This document shows, in pieces, positions 38,432 to 49,100 of a DNA stretch of 64,000 nt. Location of the stretch: positions 929 through 64,928 of the forward strand of contig JAUHWY010000016.1 in assembly GCA_030427255.1 (NCBI GenBank), in the 5' to 3' direction. The translations under genes were made by a program, and so were the position numbers. Within the stretch, counting starts at the first letter, position 1, and each line of letters starts with the position of its first letter. Below the pieces are notes generated by a model. That model was not told the origin of the DNA. It ran no database searches and saw only the letters and a list, made by a program, of their open reading frames with translations. The stretch is from Bacteroidia bacterium (GTDB taxonomy: Bacteria > Bacteroidota > Bacteroidia > CAIKAF01).

Positions 38432-39112
38432 ATGAGCACAGAAACTACTGTACAGGAAAAAGCCCCCAAGGCGCCGGCAAAGCCCTTGTTTACGGCCAAG
38501 GATAGAAAACTTATTACCGATCCGCTGGACGACGACAACCCCATTACCGTGCAGGTATTGGGCATTTGCTCTGCGCTTGCGGTTACCGTTCAACTAAAGC
38601 CCGCACTTTTTCTGTGTATGGGAGTGTTGTTTGTAATGGTGTTTGGAAGTGCCACCATTTCTTTGCTGAGAAATTTGGTGCCTTCGCGGGTGCGGATTAT
38701 TGTGCAATTGGTGGTAGTTGCCGCCTTGGTTACCGTGGTAGACTTAGCTCTGAAGGCTTTGGCTTACGATGTGTCTAAGGAACTCTCCGTTTTTGTTGGG
38801 CTTATCATTACCAACTGCATTGTAATGGGACGTTTAGAGGCCTTTGCATTGGCGAATAAACCAGGTCCTTCTATTTTGGATGCCTTTGGAAATGCTTTAG
38901 GTTATTCGGTGATTCTAATTATTGTGGCCATTTTCCGTGAGTTTTTTGGATCGGGAAGCATCATGGGATTCAACTTGATTCCCCAAGGTTTTTACGACAT
39001 GGGCTACGTAAACAACGGTTTGTTTATTTTGCCGCCCATGGCCCTGATTTTGGTGGGCATCATTATTTGGGTGCAACGCAGCCGCAACAAAAAACTCATT
39101 GAAGCCAACTAA
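38432..39112 (+). CDS. nqrD: Na+-NQR subunit D
   Basis: 'NPI.VQVLGICSALAVT', 'LSVFVGLIITNCIVMGR.EAFA'. Confidence 0.97.
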   Translation: MSTETTVQEKAPKAPAKPLFTAKDRKLITDPLDDDNPITVQVLGICSALAVTVQLKPALFLCMGVLFVMVFGSATISLLRNLVPSRVRIIVQLVVVAALVTVVDLALKALAYDVSKELSVFVGLIITNCIVMGRLEAFALANKPGPSILDAFGNALGYSVILIIVAIFREFFGSGSIMGFNLIPQGFYDMGYVNNGLFILPPMALILVGIIIWVQRSRNKKLIEAN

Positions 39113-39128
39113 GTAAACGCTAGAACGC

Positions 39129-39743
39129 ATGGAACTGGTAAACATATTTGTGAAGTCCATTTTTGTGGACAATATGATTTTCGCCTATTTCTTAGGGATG
39201 TGCTCCTATTTGGCCGTCTCAAAGAAGGTGAATACTGCGGTTGGCTTAGGTCTTGCCGTGGTGTTTGTACTTGGCATTACGGTGCCTATTAACTATCTCT
39301 TGGAGAACTACCTACTCAAGCCGGGAGCCTTATCTTGGATGGGAGCTGAAATGGCCGGTATTGACTTGAGCTTTCTTTCCTTTATTATGTTCATTGCCGT
39401 AATTGCGGCAACCGTTCAGATTGTGGAGATGGCCGTAGAGAAGTTTAGCCCTTCTTTGTATTCGGCTTTGGGGATTTTCTTGCCTCTTATTGCGGTAAAC
39501 TGCTCTATCCTTGGTGGCGCACTATTTATGCAAGAGCGTGATTACGCCAATATTGCTCAGGCTACCGTTTTTGGACTTGGCTCCGGAGTGGGTTGGTTCA
39601 TTGCCATTGTAGCCATTGCGGCTATTCGCGAAAAAATTCGCTATTCCAATATTCCGGGTCCTGTGCGCGGCTTAGGAATGGCTTTTATCATCACCGGGCT
39701 TATGGGCATTGCCTTCTTAAGCTTTAGTGGCATCAAACTCTAG
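39129..39743 (+). CDS. nqrE: Na+-NQR subunit E
   Basis: 'FLGMC..LAVSKK', '[11 protein letters not shown]'. Confidence 0.97.
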   Translation: MELVNIFVKSIFVDNMIFAYFLGMCSYLAVSKKVNTAVGLGLAVVFVLGITVPINYLLENYLLKPGALSWMGAEMAGIDLSFLSFIMFIAVIAATVQIVEMAVEKFSPSLYSALGIFLPLIAVNCSILGGALFMQERDYANIAQATVFGLGSGVGWFIAIVAIAAIREKIRYSNIPGPVRGLGMAFIITGLMGIAFLSFSGIKL

Positions 39744-39752
39744 ACTAAGATT

Positions 39753-41051
39753 ATGGACATTACCTTGATTTTATCGGCAGTAGCGGTTTTCCTGGTCATC
39801 ATCTTGTTATTAGTGGCACTTCTGCTCTTTGCCAAAAGCAAATTGACCCAATCGGGTCCGGTTAAAATTACCATCAATGGACAAGAGCCAATTGAGGTTT
39901 CTGCGGGTGGCACCTTGCTATCCACCTTGAGCAATGCCAAAATATTCTTGCCCTCGGCTTGCGGTGGCGGCGGAACATGCGCCATGTGTCGCTGTCAGGT
40001 GAACTCGGGCGGAGGTGATATTTTGCCAACAGAAGCGCCTTACTTTTCCCGAAAAGAAATTCAGGAGAATTGGCGTTTGGGTTGCCAGGTAAAGGTGCGC
40101 CAAGACATGGACATCCAAATCCCGGAGGAGATTTTCGGAATCAAAAAATGGGAATGCGAAGTCGTATCCAACTACAATGTGGCCACTTTCATTAAGGAGT
40201 TTGTGGTGCGTCTTCCCGAAGGCGAAACCCTTGATTTCCAAAGCGGAGGCTATATTCAGATTGACGTTCCCGTATTTAGCACCAAATTCAGCGATTTCGA
40301 TATCGCTCCCAATCCGGACGATCTGGCGGGTGCCGACAAATACAAAGAGGACTGGGATAAGTTCAATATGTGGGACTTAAAATTGGACAACAAGGAGCCG
40401 ATTTTCCGGGCATATTCTATGGCCAACCACCCTGCGGAAGGCAACATCATTATGCTCAACATCCGTATTGCCACGCCGCCATGGGATCGTGCCAACAACC
40501 GTTGGATGGACGTGCCTCCCGGAATCTGTTCCTCTTATGTATTTAGCCGCAAACCCGGCGATAAGGTTACCATTTCCGGCCCTTACGGCGAGTTCTTCAT
40601 TAAGAATACCGACAAAGAAATGGTATACATTGGTGGTGGAGCCGGTATGGCGCCTTTGCGTTCCCATATTTTCCACCTGTTCCATACCCTCAGAACCAAC
40701 CGTAAGGTCTCTTATTGGTATGGAGGACGCTCCAAGCGCGAACTGTTCTACATTGACCATTTTCGCAAGATCGAAAAGGAGTTTCCGAACTTTAAATTCC
40801 ACATTGTTCTTTCGGAGCCTTTGCCTGAAGATAACTGGCAAGCCAAGGAAGACATTGATGCGGAGGGCGATGGTTTCCTAGGATTTGTACACCAAGCCTT
40901 TATTGACCACTACCTGAGCAAGCATCCGGAACCCGAAGAAATAGAATTCTACTTCTGTGGCCCTCCTATGATGAACAACGCCGTCGTTAAAATGTGCGAC
41001 GAGTGGGGTGTTCCTGAAGAGAATGTAAGCTTCGACGACTTCGGAGGATAA
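39753..41051 (+). CDS. nqrF: Na+-NQR subunit F
   Basis: '[12 protein letters not shown]', 'RAYSMAN', 'GGGAGMAP', 'CGPP', ends 'DDFGG'. Confidence 0.98.
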   Translation: MDITLILSAVAVFLVIILLLVALLLFAKSKLTQSGPVKITINGQEPIEVSAGGTLLSTLSNAKIFLPSACGGGGTCAMCRCQVNSGGGDILPTEAPYFSRKEIQENWRLGCQVKVRQDMDIQIPEEIFGIKKWECEVVSNYNVATFIKEFVVRLPEGETLDFQSGGYIQIDVPVFSTKFSDFDIAPNPDDLAGADKYKEDWDKFNMWDLKLDNKEPIFRAYSMANHPAEGNIIMLNIRIATPPWDRANNRWMDVPPGICSSYVFSRKPGDKVTISGPYGEFFIKNTDKEMVYIGGGAGMAPLRSHIFHLFHTLRTNRKVSYWYGGRSKRELFYIDHFRKIEKEFPNFKFHIVLSEPLPEDNWQAKEDIDAEGDGFLGFVHQAFIDHYLSKHPEPEEIEFYFCGPPMMNNAVVKMCDEWGVPEENVSFDDFGG

Positions 41052-41054
41052 TTC

Positions 41055-41204
41055 CGGGGCAGGGATAGAGGCGGTAGCCCGGAATCCAAAATAATGCAGG
41101 CTGTTGGCAGGCGGAGGCCCCTGAGCATTCAGGGGACCCCGTACTGCTTACAGCCTGCTTATTTTGGACGAGGACTAAAGCCGAAAGCCCGGTTTAGCCC
41201 CCCT
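41055..41204 (+). repeat. Dispersed structured palindromic element, copy 6 (Flavo-1-like termini)
   Basis: GGGATAGAGGCGGTAGCCCGGA...GAGGACTAAAGCCGAAAGCCCGG; 150 bp, colinear with 827-975. Confidence 0.8.
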
Positions 41205-41219
41205 CCCAAAAGAACCATT

Positions 41220-41693
41220 TTAAGGAACAACCGTAAATTCCAAAACGCTAATCCCGTAAAGCCCATTGCCCGGTGCTAGAGTGGTGCCCGCAGGGAACCA
41301 CAAGGCTCCGCTAAGCAATACCTGGCTGCTGGACATGGCTGCCGACATTGGGCGGGTGCCGTTACCTGCGCTGCTGCCGCCTCTATCGCTAATGTTAACA
41401 ATGGCCCCCGAATACTGGGCGTGCGAACTACCCAAATACACCGTGTTGCCGTTGACGCTAATGGTTTGCTCGGTGCTGCTGCTTTGGCCTGAGCTGGTGC
41501 CGCCTGCGCTGCTGGTGATGGGTGTGGAGGGCAGCATATTGGTTACTTTCCAAACTTTTCCCGCCGGAACACTTTGAGATTGAGTAAGCAAAATGGCCTG
41601 ACTAAATTGAAGGGTTTGGGCTTGTAGGGCTGCGCCTGTAAGCCCCAAGCTAATGCCCAAAACCCTAAGGCTTGAAAGGATTGTACGTTTCAT
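41220..41693 (-). CDS. Small secreted hypothetical protein
   Basis: Signal peptide; 'LQFSQ...VPAGKVWKV' and 'W.PAGT....SVLEF.VVP'. Confidence 0.7.
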   Translation of the reverse strand: MKRTILSSLRVLGISLGLTGAALQAQTLQFSQAILLTQSQSVPAGKVWKVTNMLPSTPITSSAGGTSSGQSSSTEQTISVNGNTVYLGSSHAQYSGAIVNISDRGGSSAGNGTRPMSAAMSSSQVLLSGALWFPAGTTLAPGNGLYGISVLEFTVVP

Positions 41694-41751
41694 GGTAAAT
41701 TATTTCCACCAAAAATAGTCCAAAAATGCGCCTATTCGGATTAAGCCGGGA

Positions 41752-42720
41752 TTAGGCTTCCTTTAAGGCCGTTTTGAGGCTGTTTCCCAATAGATTAAAC
41801 GCCAATACCACCGTCACAATAGCCAATCCCGGTAGCCAAACCAAATGGGCGTTCCCCGATAGTAAATAATGCCGGTGGGCTTCAATCATGCTTCCCCAAG
41901 TCGGCGTAGGCGGTTGAACGCCCAAACCTAAAAAGCTAAGACCGCTTTCAATAAGGATAGCACCGGCAAAATTGGCCGTGGAAACAACCAAAAGTGGACC
42001 GGTAAGGGCCGGTAGCATGTGCTTTATGAGCAATCGGGTGTCCGAAAAGCCCAATGACCGACCGGCCATAACGTAGTCCAGTTGCGCTAAACTTCTGATT
42101 TCCGCACGTGTAATGCGCGCAATTTCTACCCAAGTAGACAGGCCCACGGCCAGAAAAACCGGAAATAAACCTTTCCCTAACACCAAGGTTATGCTCATCA
42201 CCATCAATAAGGTGGGTATAGACCAGGTTAGGTTGGTTAAAAAGCTTAGCATGCGGTCTGTCCAGCCTCCAAACCAGCCGGCCAAACTTCCCACCAACAG
42301 CCCGGTACAAAGTGCTACCAATACCGACATCCATCCAATGCCTAAGGAAATACGTGCCCCTAAGGCCAATCTGCTCAAAAAATCGCGCCCCAGCGCATCC
42401 GTACCAAAAACGAATGTAAAGTTTCTACTTGCTCTTTCCCCACTTGTATTTTCCCTTTCGTCAATCGGCTCCCAAGTATAAGAGGCCTCCAAGCCTTGAT
42501 CCAAAGAAAGGTTTTGGAAGGCCTCAACTTGGCTACCCGGAGCCAGCAAACGCTTGCTTAGCCATTGGCGGTCTGCATCCGGGCTGGAGTCGGTGCCTAA
42601 GCGTCCACCTGCAATAGCTACTCCAAGCGCAAAAAGTAGCCAAAGCATAGATGCCCAAGCCCAAGGGTCTTGGCTTAGTCGACGCAAAACGCGTGTAGCC
42701 GGATGGGTCGCTTGACTCAT
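41752..42720 (-). CDS. ABC transporter permease, OppC/DppC type
   Basis: 'FGTD.LGRD.LSRL..GARISL', EAA-like loop 'YV.A.RSLG', 'ESGLSFLGLG..PP..WG'. Confidence 0.9.
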   Translation of the reverse strand: MSQATHPATRVLRRLSQDPWAWASMLWLLFALGVAIAGGRLGTDSSPDADRQWLSKRLLAPGSQVEAFQNLSLDQGLEASYTWEPIDERENTSGERASRNFTFVFGTDALGRDFLSRLALGARISLGIGWMSVLVALCTGLLVGSLAGWFGGWTDRMLSFLTNLTWSIPTLLMVMSITLVLGKGLFPVFLAVGLSTWVEIARITRAEIRSLAQLDYVMAGRSLGFSDTRLLIKHMLPALTGPLLVVSTANFAGAILIESGLSFLGLGVQPPTPTWGSMIEAHRHYLLSGNAHLVWLPGLAIVTVVLAFNLLGNSLKTALKEA

Positions 42721-42734
42721 GGATGCAATGTTAG

Positions 42735-43775
42735 CTAATTATCGCCAAAAGCCTTGGCTTTGTGCCAAGAGGCTTTACTCAGCCAACCCATCAATGGAAT
42801 CCAAGGCAAGTAAAGCCAATACACCAGGGATAGGGCCACTGTTCCCAAGGAAAACTCTTTAGCCCACCCAAAAAAAAGAAAATCCAGGCATGCTTTGGCA
42901 GCAACAAAAACCAACAAAGCCCACCATCCGTTGGACGCCCAAACCGCGACCGGGGCGAAAGCATGAAACAACCAAATCCAAAGCGAAATGGACTGAGCCG
43001 CATGGTTTTGGTAATGCTTTGATTTGGAAACCCAGCGTATGCGTTGCCGCCATATGGCCAACCACCGATCCTTACCATGGGTCTTCAGCTCCGGACAGTC
43101 AAAGACCGCCACCGACTTGGGGCCATAATTTGCAACCACGGCATGCAAAAGGAATACATCGTCCCCGCTATTGCTTGGCCCTAGGGCAGCACCCAAGTCG
43201 GTTATTGCCGCACGGGCTACACAAAGGGCAGCCCCCGATGCCAAAAAAGGTAGCCTAAGTCCGGTTGCGGCTTGGGCATGCAAGCCCATGGCCGAAAAGT
43301 CTAGGGCATCTGCCCATTTTCCTTGAACTTGAGGCCATAGGCTACACAACCTAAGTTCAGGAATGGCGGCAAAAGAGTCGTTTAATTGCTGCCAAGCTTT
43401 TGGCGTCCAAAGCACATCAGCATCGGTATGCACTAAAAAAGGCCTTTGGCTGTGCTTCCAACCGGTGCGGAGTGCCGCTTTTTTTCCTTTCCCCTCATTT
43501 TTTATGCAAGTGAAGCCCTCCTTTTTCAACCAGACTGCTGAATCGTCTTCGGAGTGGTCGTCAATAAACAACAGCTCTATTTGCTTTTGGCTTTTCCAAA
43601 AGTTTAGAAAGGCAGGTAGCACTTCTCGTTCGTTGCGTATGGGCACCAATACCGTGCATTGGTTTTCAAGAACAAATGAGCTGCCCTTTCCGGTGCTCTT
43701 TTTGGAGCGGTACAAACCATAGCCAAGCAGCAGCAGCCATAGGAGCCAAGCCAGAGCCAGCAAAAGAGCGGTCAT
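42735..43775 (-). CDS. GT2 glycosyltransferase, membrane-bound
   Basis: 'VP.RNE', 'DDHSED', 'TDAD', 'SGDD', 'QRIRW'; ATGA overlap with the upstream gene. Confidence 0.88.
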   Translation of the reverse strand: MTALLLALAWLLWLLLLGYGLYRSKKSTGKGSSFVLENQCTVLVPIRNEREVLPAFLNFWKSQKQIELLFIDDHSEDDSAVWLKKEGFTCIKNEGKGKKAALRTGWKHSQRPFLVHTDADVLWTPKAWQQLNDSFAAIPELRLCSLWPQVQGKWADALDFSAMGLHAQAATGLRLPFLASGAALCVARAAITDLGAALGPSNSGDDVFLLHAVVANYGPKSVAVFDCPELKTHGKDRWLAIWRQRIRWVSKSKHYQNHAAQSISLWIWLFHAFAPVAVWASNGWWALLVFVAAKACLDFLFFGWAKEFSLGTVALSLVYWLYLPWIPLMGWLSKASWHKAKAFGDN

Positions 43776-44698
43776 GCCTTCGAGTTTTGGGTGGAACTTC
43801 GCCACAACCAAAGCGCTCCCGGCAAGGCCGGTAGTGCCAAATTAATGGCCCACAGCCACAATGAAGCTTGGAGGCCATAATCGGCACCCAACAAGTATAC
43901 CGATAGTGATCCACGGGTAAAAATTTCGGCAAAAGCCTGACTTGGGATAACGGTATTCCAAAAGAACACCAAGCTGAGCTTTGGTAGCGTGGCCCAAAGT
44001 TCCGTTTGCGGCGCAAAGGCCCAAACGCATGCCAAAAACTGTGCTGTAAATACCAGGTAGCGCAATAGGGAAAATCCCAAAGCCAGAGCCATGTGCTTGG
44101 GGCGTATTCTAAGGCTTGCCTTTACCAGCCTTTTGGCCAATTTGAGCTTAGACTGACGGAGCAAATAGCGCAGCCATACCGGCGCCAACCAGAGCGCCAA
44201 AAGCACCGGTAGCCCAAACCAAAGCACAATCCACCAAGCAAAAGGCGCGGTAAGCGCAAACGATGTGCTGGTTTGGTAGGCCAAAGCCAATCCGCCAACA
44301 AATAGGGTAGTTCCCAGTTGGGCAAAGCTACCCATGACCGATGCCATACCTGCCGACCAGCGGTAACGAGGCGGTAGACCCCAAACCCTGCCGGCAAACT
44401 CGCCAATGCGGTTGGGAGTAAATACCGACAAACTAACCCCACTCAGCAAAGGACCAATAAAGCGTGAAAAAGGAAGCGGAACTGCCGCGCCGCAAAGCAT
44501 GCGCCATTTTACCAATTCCAACCACCAATTTAAGGGGCACAGCAAAAAGGCCGGTACAAGCCAAAGCGGAGACAGGGGCCGTACGTCGCCCAAGGGACGC
44601 GTGCTTAGCATATAGACCAAATAAGCCACCGAAACCAAGGCCAAAATCCATTTGAGCCATGGCGTCCATCGGGAAAGCGTATCTTTGAAGGTCTTCAT
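43772..44698 (-). CDS. Lysylphosphatidylglycerol-synthase TM / flippase-like membrane protein
   Basis: 'NW.LE..KW', 'TPNR.GE..GR', 'RY.VF..QF', 'W.INL..P'. Confidence 0.8.
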   Translation of the reverse strand: MKTFKDTLSRWTPWLKWILALVSVAYLVYMLSTRPLGDVRPLSPLWLVPAFLLCPLNWWLELVKWRMLCGAAVPLPFSRFIGPLLSGVSLSVFTPNRIGEFAGRVWGLPPRYRWSAGMASVMGSFAQLGTTLFVGGLALAYQTSTSFALTAPFAWWIVLWFGLPVLLALWLAPVWLRYLLRQSKLKLAKRLVKASLRIRPKHMALALGFSLLRYLVFTAQFLACVWAFAPQTELWATLPKLSLVFFWNTVIPSQAFAEIFTRGSLSVYLLGADYGLQASLWLWAINLALPALPGALWLWRSSTQNSKA

Positions 44699-44717
44699 TC
44701 GACGCCTAAATTAGCCA

Positions 44718-45320
44718 ATGCCCACAGACGAAGCATACAATATCCTGGGAATTGATCCGGGAACCACCGCCTTAGGCTTTGCCATACTGCAGGTTAAGGG
44801 AAAAAAAATTGTGCACGTACACGATGTAGGTCACCTCACTTTAGACCCTAAACGCAGCCATTTTGAACGTTTGGGCGACATTCATCAATTTGTGTTGAAC
44901 CAACTCTTTCAGCACAGGCCCAAGGAGTTGGCCATAGAAGCACCGTTTTTTGGCAAAAACGTCCAGAGCATGCTCAAGCTGGGGCGTGCCCAAGGCGTTG
45001 TTATTGCCACCGCCATGAGCCAAGGCATGTCTGTTGCAGAATATGCTCCCCGCGAAATCAAACAAGCCCTCACCGGCCGAGGCAACAGCAGCAAAGAGCA
45101 AGTGGCAGCCATGGCCCGTAGCATATGCGGCCCCCTTCCTGAAGCACTCAGCGCCGACGCCACCGATGCCCTCGGCGTGGCCATTTGCCACTTTTTCAGG
45201 CTCGGCAACGCCACCCAACGCCCCAACGCAAATGCAAGTCTTCGACAAATGGGCGGTTCAGCAAAAGGAAAGAACCAATGGTCCGATTTCCTCAAAGCCA
45301 ACCCGGACCGTTTAAAATGA
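44718..45320 (+). CDS. ruvC: Holliday junction resolvase RuvC
   Basis: 'ILGIDPG', 'AIEAPF', 'KLGRAQG', 'TG.G...KEQV', 'DATDAL.VA.CH'. Confidence 0.96.
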   Translation: MPTDEAYNILGIDPGTTALGFAILQVKGKKIVHVHDVGHLTLDPKRSHFERLGDIHQFVLNQLFQHRPKELAIEAPFFGKNVQSMLKLGRAQGVVIATAMSQGMSVAEYAPREIKQALTGRGNSSKEQVAAMARSICGPLPEALSADATDALGVAICHFFRLGNATQRPNANASLRQMGGSAKGKNQWSDFLKANPDRLK

Positions 45321-45468
45321 GGGGCGCCATTTCCGGCCCTCCCTCCAAGTCCTCAAATCCAAAGCACGCAGCGCTAGGCGGTGCGGGGGCTTCCACAAAG
45401 TTTCAGCCTCCACCCGCCAAGCGCTGCGGCTTTCCATTTTCCGGGCTTTCCGTGCCGGTCCGGGGCGC
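45321..45468 (-). repeat. Dispersed structured palindromic element, copy 7
   Basis: Starts immediately after the ruvC stop; reverse complement has AAAGCCCGGA...GAGGACTTGG; termini shared with 16162-16315. Confidence 0.75.
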
Positions 45469-45617
45469 GTATTTCTTCCAAAACAAAAACCATGCAAAAC
45501 CATGCTTGTTATCTCCTTGAACTATGGGTCAGAAGATGTTTACCGACAAATCCCCTTTTTTGTAATTGTTAAGGCCATACATTCCTTTTAACTTTGATTA
45601 AGAAATTTGCAGAAGTC

Positions 45618-46031
45618 ATGGAACAATGGATTTTTTACTTGCTGATTGCCGTTTTAGGTATTGCCAGCAGTGCATATAAAGAGTGGAACAAAAGCCAACA
45701 AAAAAAGAACTCCAATGCCCCCCAAGGGCAAAAGACGGCCAGACAACGCGCCGAAGAACTGCTCAAGGAGGCGCGCGAAATGGCCCAACGCAACCAAGAG
45801 CAAGGGCGAAATGCACAGCCTAAGGCTCCCGAAGGCTCTCTGGAAACGCTGTGGAGTGAAGAGTACGAGGGTTTTGAACAAAGCATGCCCGGGCAAACCA
45901 TCCAACCGGCAAAAGTGGACCCAATACCCGACAACTCGTTGAAAACAGAAGAAAATGGCATAAATTTTAATGCGGATGAAGCTAGGAAAGCTATTATTTA
46001 TCAGGCTATTATGGAAAGGCCATACGCTTGA
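45618..46031 (+). CDS. Membrane-anchored hypothetical protein
   Basis: N-terminal TM helix, low-complexity linker, C-terminal 'RKAIIYQAIMERPY'; TAACTTTG at 45589-45596. Confidence 0.7.
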   Translation: MEQWIFYLLIAVLGIASSAYKEWNKSQQKKNSNAPQGQKTARQRAEELLKEAREMAQRNQEQGRNAQPKAPEGSLETLWSEEYEGFEQSMPGQTIQPAKVDPIPDNSLKTEENGINFNADEARKAIIYQAIMERPYA

Positions 46032-46146
46032 TGGTGCTTTTTGCAAGCAACCATATGATGCTCTTGCTTGTTAAAACACCTTAAATATCTACTTTTACGA
46101 ATTCAAAATTAACGGTAGCATCATACACCCTTAAATCCTCACGGAT

Positions 46147-49100
46147 ATGATGAAGAAGATACTAAACTTAGCAATGGCACTCTTGGTTTTGCACGGCAGC
46201 CTACTCGCACAGGGTGCAATGGGCGAACTCAAGGGAACCGTCACCGACGACAAAGGAGAACCGGTGCCCTTTGCTAACGTGGTGCTTATGAAAGACGGCG
46301 TTCAGGTACGCGGAGAAAGCACCAATTTCGAAGGTCAATATTGGATGAAAGCCGTGCCGGCAGGAGATTATGAGCTCTTAATTACTTCCGTTGGATTGGC
46401 CAAACAAAAGAGAGTAATTAGAGTTGAATCCGGTGGTAATATCACCTTCGTAAATGCTCAATTGAAACAGGAGTCGGTTTTGATTGGAGAGTTCGATGTC
46501 ATAGTTGACCTCGATCCTCTAATTAAGAAGGACGAAACCATGGTGCGTACCACCATTTCTCGTGAGGATATTCTTAAGCTGCCCAGCCGGAGTCCTTTGT
46601 CTGCGGTAACCACCGTTGGTGGTGTGTTTAGCCGCGATGGCGAGGTTGGCAATATCCGCGGTGCCCGTTCCGGTGCAACCGTGTTTATTGACGGAGTAAA
46701 AATTCGTGGTGGTTCCGGCTCGCTTCCTCAGCAAGCAGTCGAAGAAACACAAGTGATTTTGGGTGGTGTACCCGCCATGTATGGCGATGCCACAGGAGGT
46801 ATCATTTTGCTTACTACACGCGGTATTTCTCCCAAATGGTTCGGAAACATCGAAGGCCGTACCTCTAAATTTTTAGACAACTGGGACGATGCCCTGTTTA
46901 GCGCTGCGGTTGGTGGTCCACTAATCAAGCGCACCGCCCCCGGTACCAACAATAAAGTGCCTATGGTAGGCTTTTTAGGTACCGTAGAGGGTAATTACCG
47001 CGGCGACCCGGCTCCGGTTTCCGGAGATATCTGGAGGGTGCGTGAGGATGTGTTGCGCGACCTGCGTGAAAACCCCATCCGCCTTTCCGAAACCGGAACA
47101 GGTAGTAGGCTCAATGCAGAATACCTGCGTAGGGATGCCTTCGAAACCATTCCACAGCGTCTCAACGTAGCCAGCTCCACACTGAACTTCCAAGCTAAAT
47201 TTGATGTGCTTGCCAGCGATTATACTACCATTTCTGCCGGTGGTTTCGTGAACTTATCCCGCCAACGCGGTGGCCGAGACGGTACTACCTACAACTATTC
47301 CTTGTTTAACTGGGAAAACAACGCCGAGTCTACAAACTTCACCTGGAATGTTTGGGGACGTGTGGTACACCGATTCAAAGACGAAGCACCCGACTCTACT
47401 AAGAAAGGTGGCCTGAGAAATGCCGTTGTTTCTTTGCAAGTCGATTACCTCAAAGGTCTTGGATCTACCCAAGATGCCACGCATAAAGACAACTTCTTCA
47501 ATTACGGTTACGTAGGTCGTTTCGACATCCTTCGCCGTCCGGTGTATCCAAGCTTTGGTTTGGATCCCAAAACCAATATGTCCGGATGGTTGTATGGTGG
47601 TATGCAAGATACCTTGGTTACTTTCCAACCCGGGGATATGAATCCTACTTCCTCTGCCATTACCAACCAGTACTTTACTTTGTTCGACGACCCCATCGGA
47701 GTATACGATCAATTGCCCAACATCATCAACGGTGGTGGTTTGCTTAACGGTCAAAACCCTCGCTCGGTATACAATTTGTGGTCTCATCCCGGTACTCAGT
47801 TCAATGGCTATTCTTTGAGCGACAACAACCAATTCCGTGTGGTGGGTCAAGGTTCCGCCAGCATTGGCGACCACGACTTTCAAATTGGATTTGAGTTTGA
47901 GCAACGCAACGACGCCTTCTATAACTTAGCTCCTGTAGGACTTTGGAGAACAGGTTGGCAGTTGGCCAATGCCCACTTGGGTGTAATCGACACTTCTGCT
48001 CCCATGCCTGTTTACGATCCCGAAACCGGCGTTTTCCAAGATACCATCAACTACCCTGCACTTTATCGGGAAGACGAAGAGCGCACGGCTGAAACCGGTT
48101 ATAAATTTGGCGTTGGTCAGTCCTTCTTTGACTGGAACCTGCGTCGTAGCCTAGGTTTGTCTGAAGATGGTTTGGAAACCGTAGATGTGGACGCATTGGA
48201 TCCGGATCAACTTGACATCAGCATGTTCAGCGCCAATGAATTGTTGAACCAAGGAAACAACTTAGTTACCTATTACGGTTACGATGTGTACGGAAACCGT
48301 TCCACCGGAAACATCACTTTCGACGACTTCTTCACCGCCCGCGATGAGTTTGGCAACTTTACCCGACCCATCGGAAGTTTCCAGCCGATCTATTTGGCCG
48401 GTTACATTCAAGACAAATTCTCCTTTAAAGACATCATCTTTAACGTAGGGGTGCGTATCGACCGATTCGATGCCAACCAGCAAGTATTGAGTGATCCTTA
48501 CTCATTGTATCAAACCCGCAGTGCCGGTGAGGTTTCAGACTTGGGGGGCAACAGCGTTACCCACCCGGGCAACATCGGAAACGATTATGTGGTGTACGTA
48601 AACGACCGGAACAACCCAACCGATATCTTGGGTTACCGAAATGGCAACGTATGGTACAATGCCGAAGGTCAGGTAATTAATGACCCGGCCTTGCTCCGCA
48701 CCGCCAACGGTAGGGTTCAGCCTTTAATGGTTAACCCCGACGACGATGTACAAAGCCAAGGCTTTACGCCAAGCGGAGCTTTTGAAGACTACACCCCTCA
48801 GGTGAACGTTATGCCTCGGGTATCTTTCAGCTTCCCCATCTCAGACAACGTTGGCTTTACCGCTTACTACGATGTGCTTACACAACGTCCATCCGGTGCG
48901 GTGCGCTTAAATCCTTTGGATTATTTCTTCTGGGATAATGCAGCCTACAACAACTTTGGCACCTTCTTCAACAATCCAAGCCTGCGTCCGGAGCGAACTA
49001 CCGACTTCTCGCTTGGTTTCCGTCAAAAGTTAACCGAAAACTCAGCTTTGAAAATCTCGGCCTTTTATCGTGAGCTTCGCGATATGATTGCCTTGGTGCG

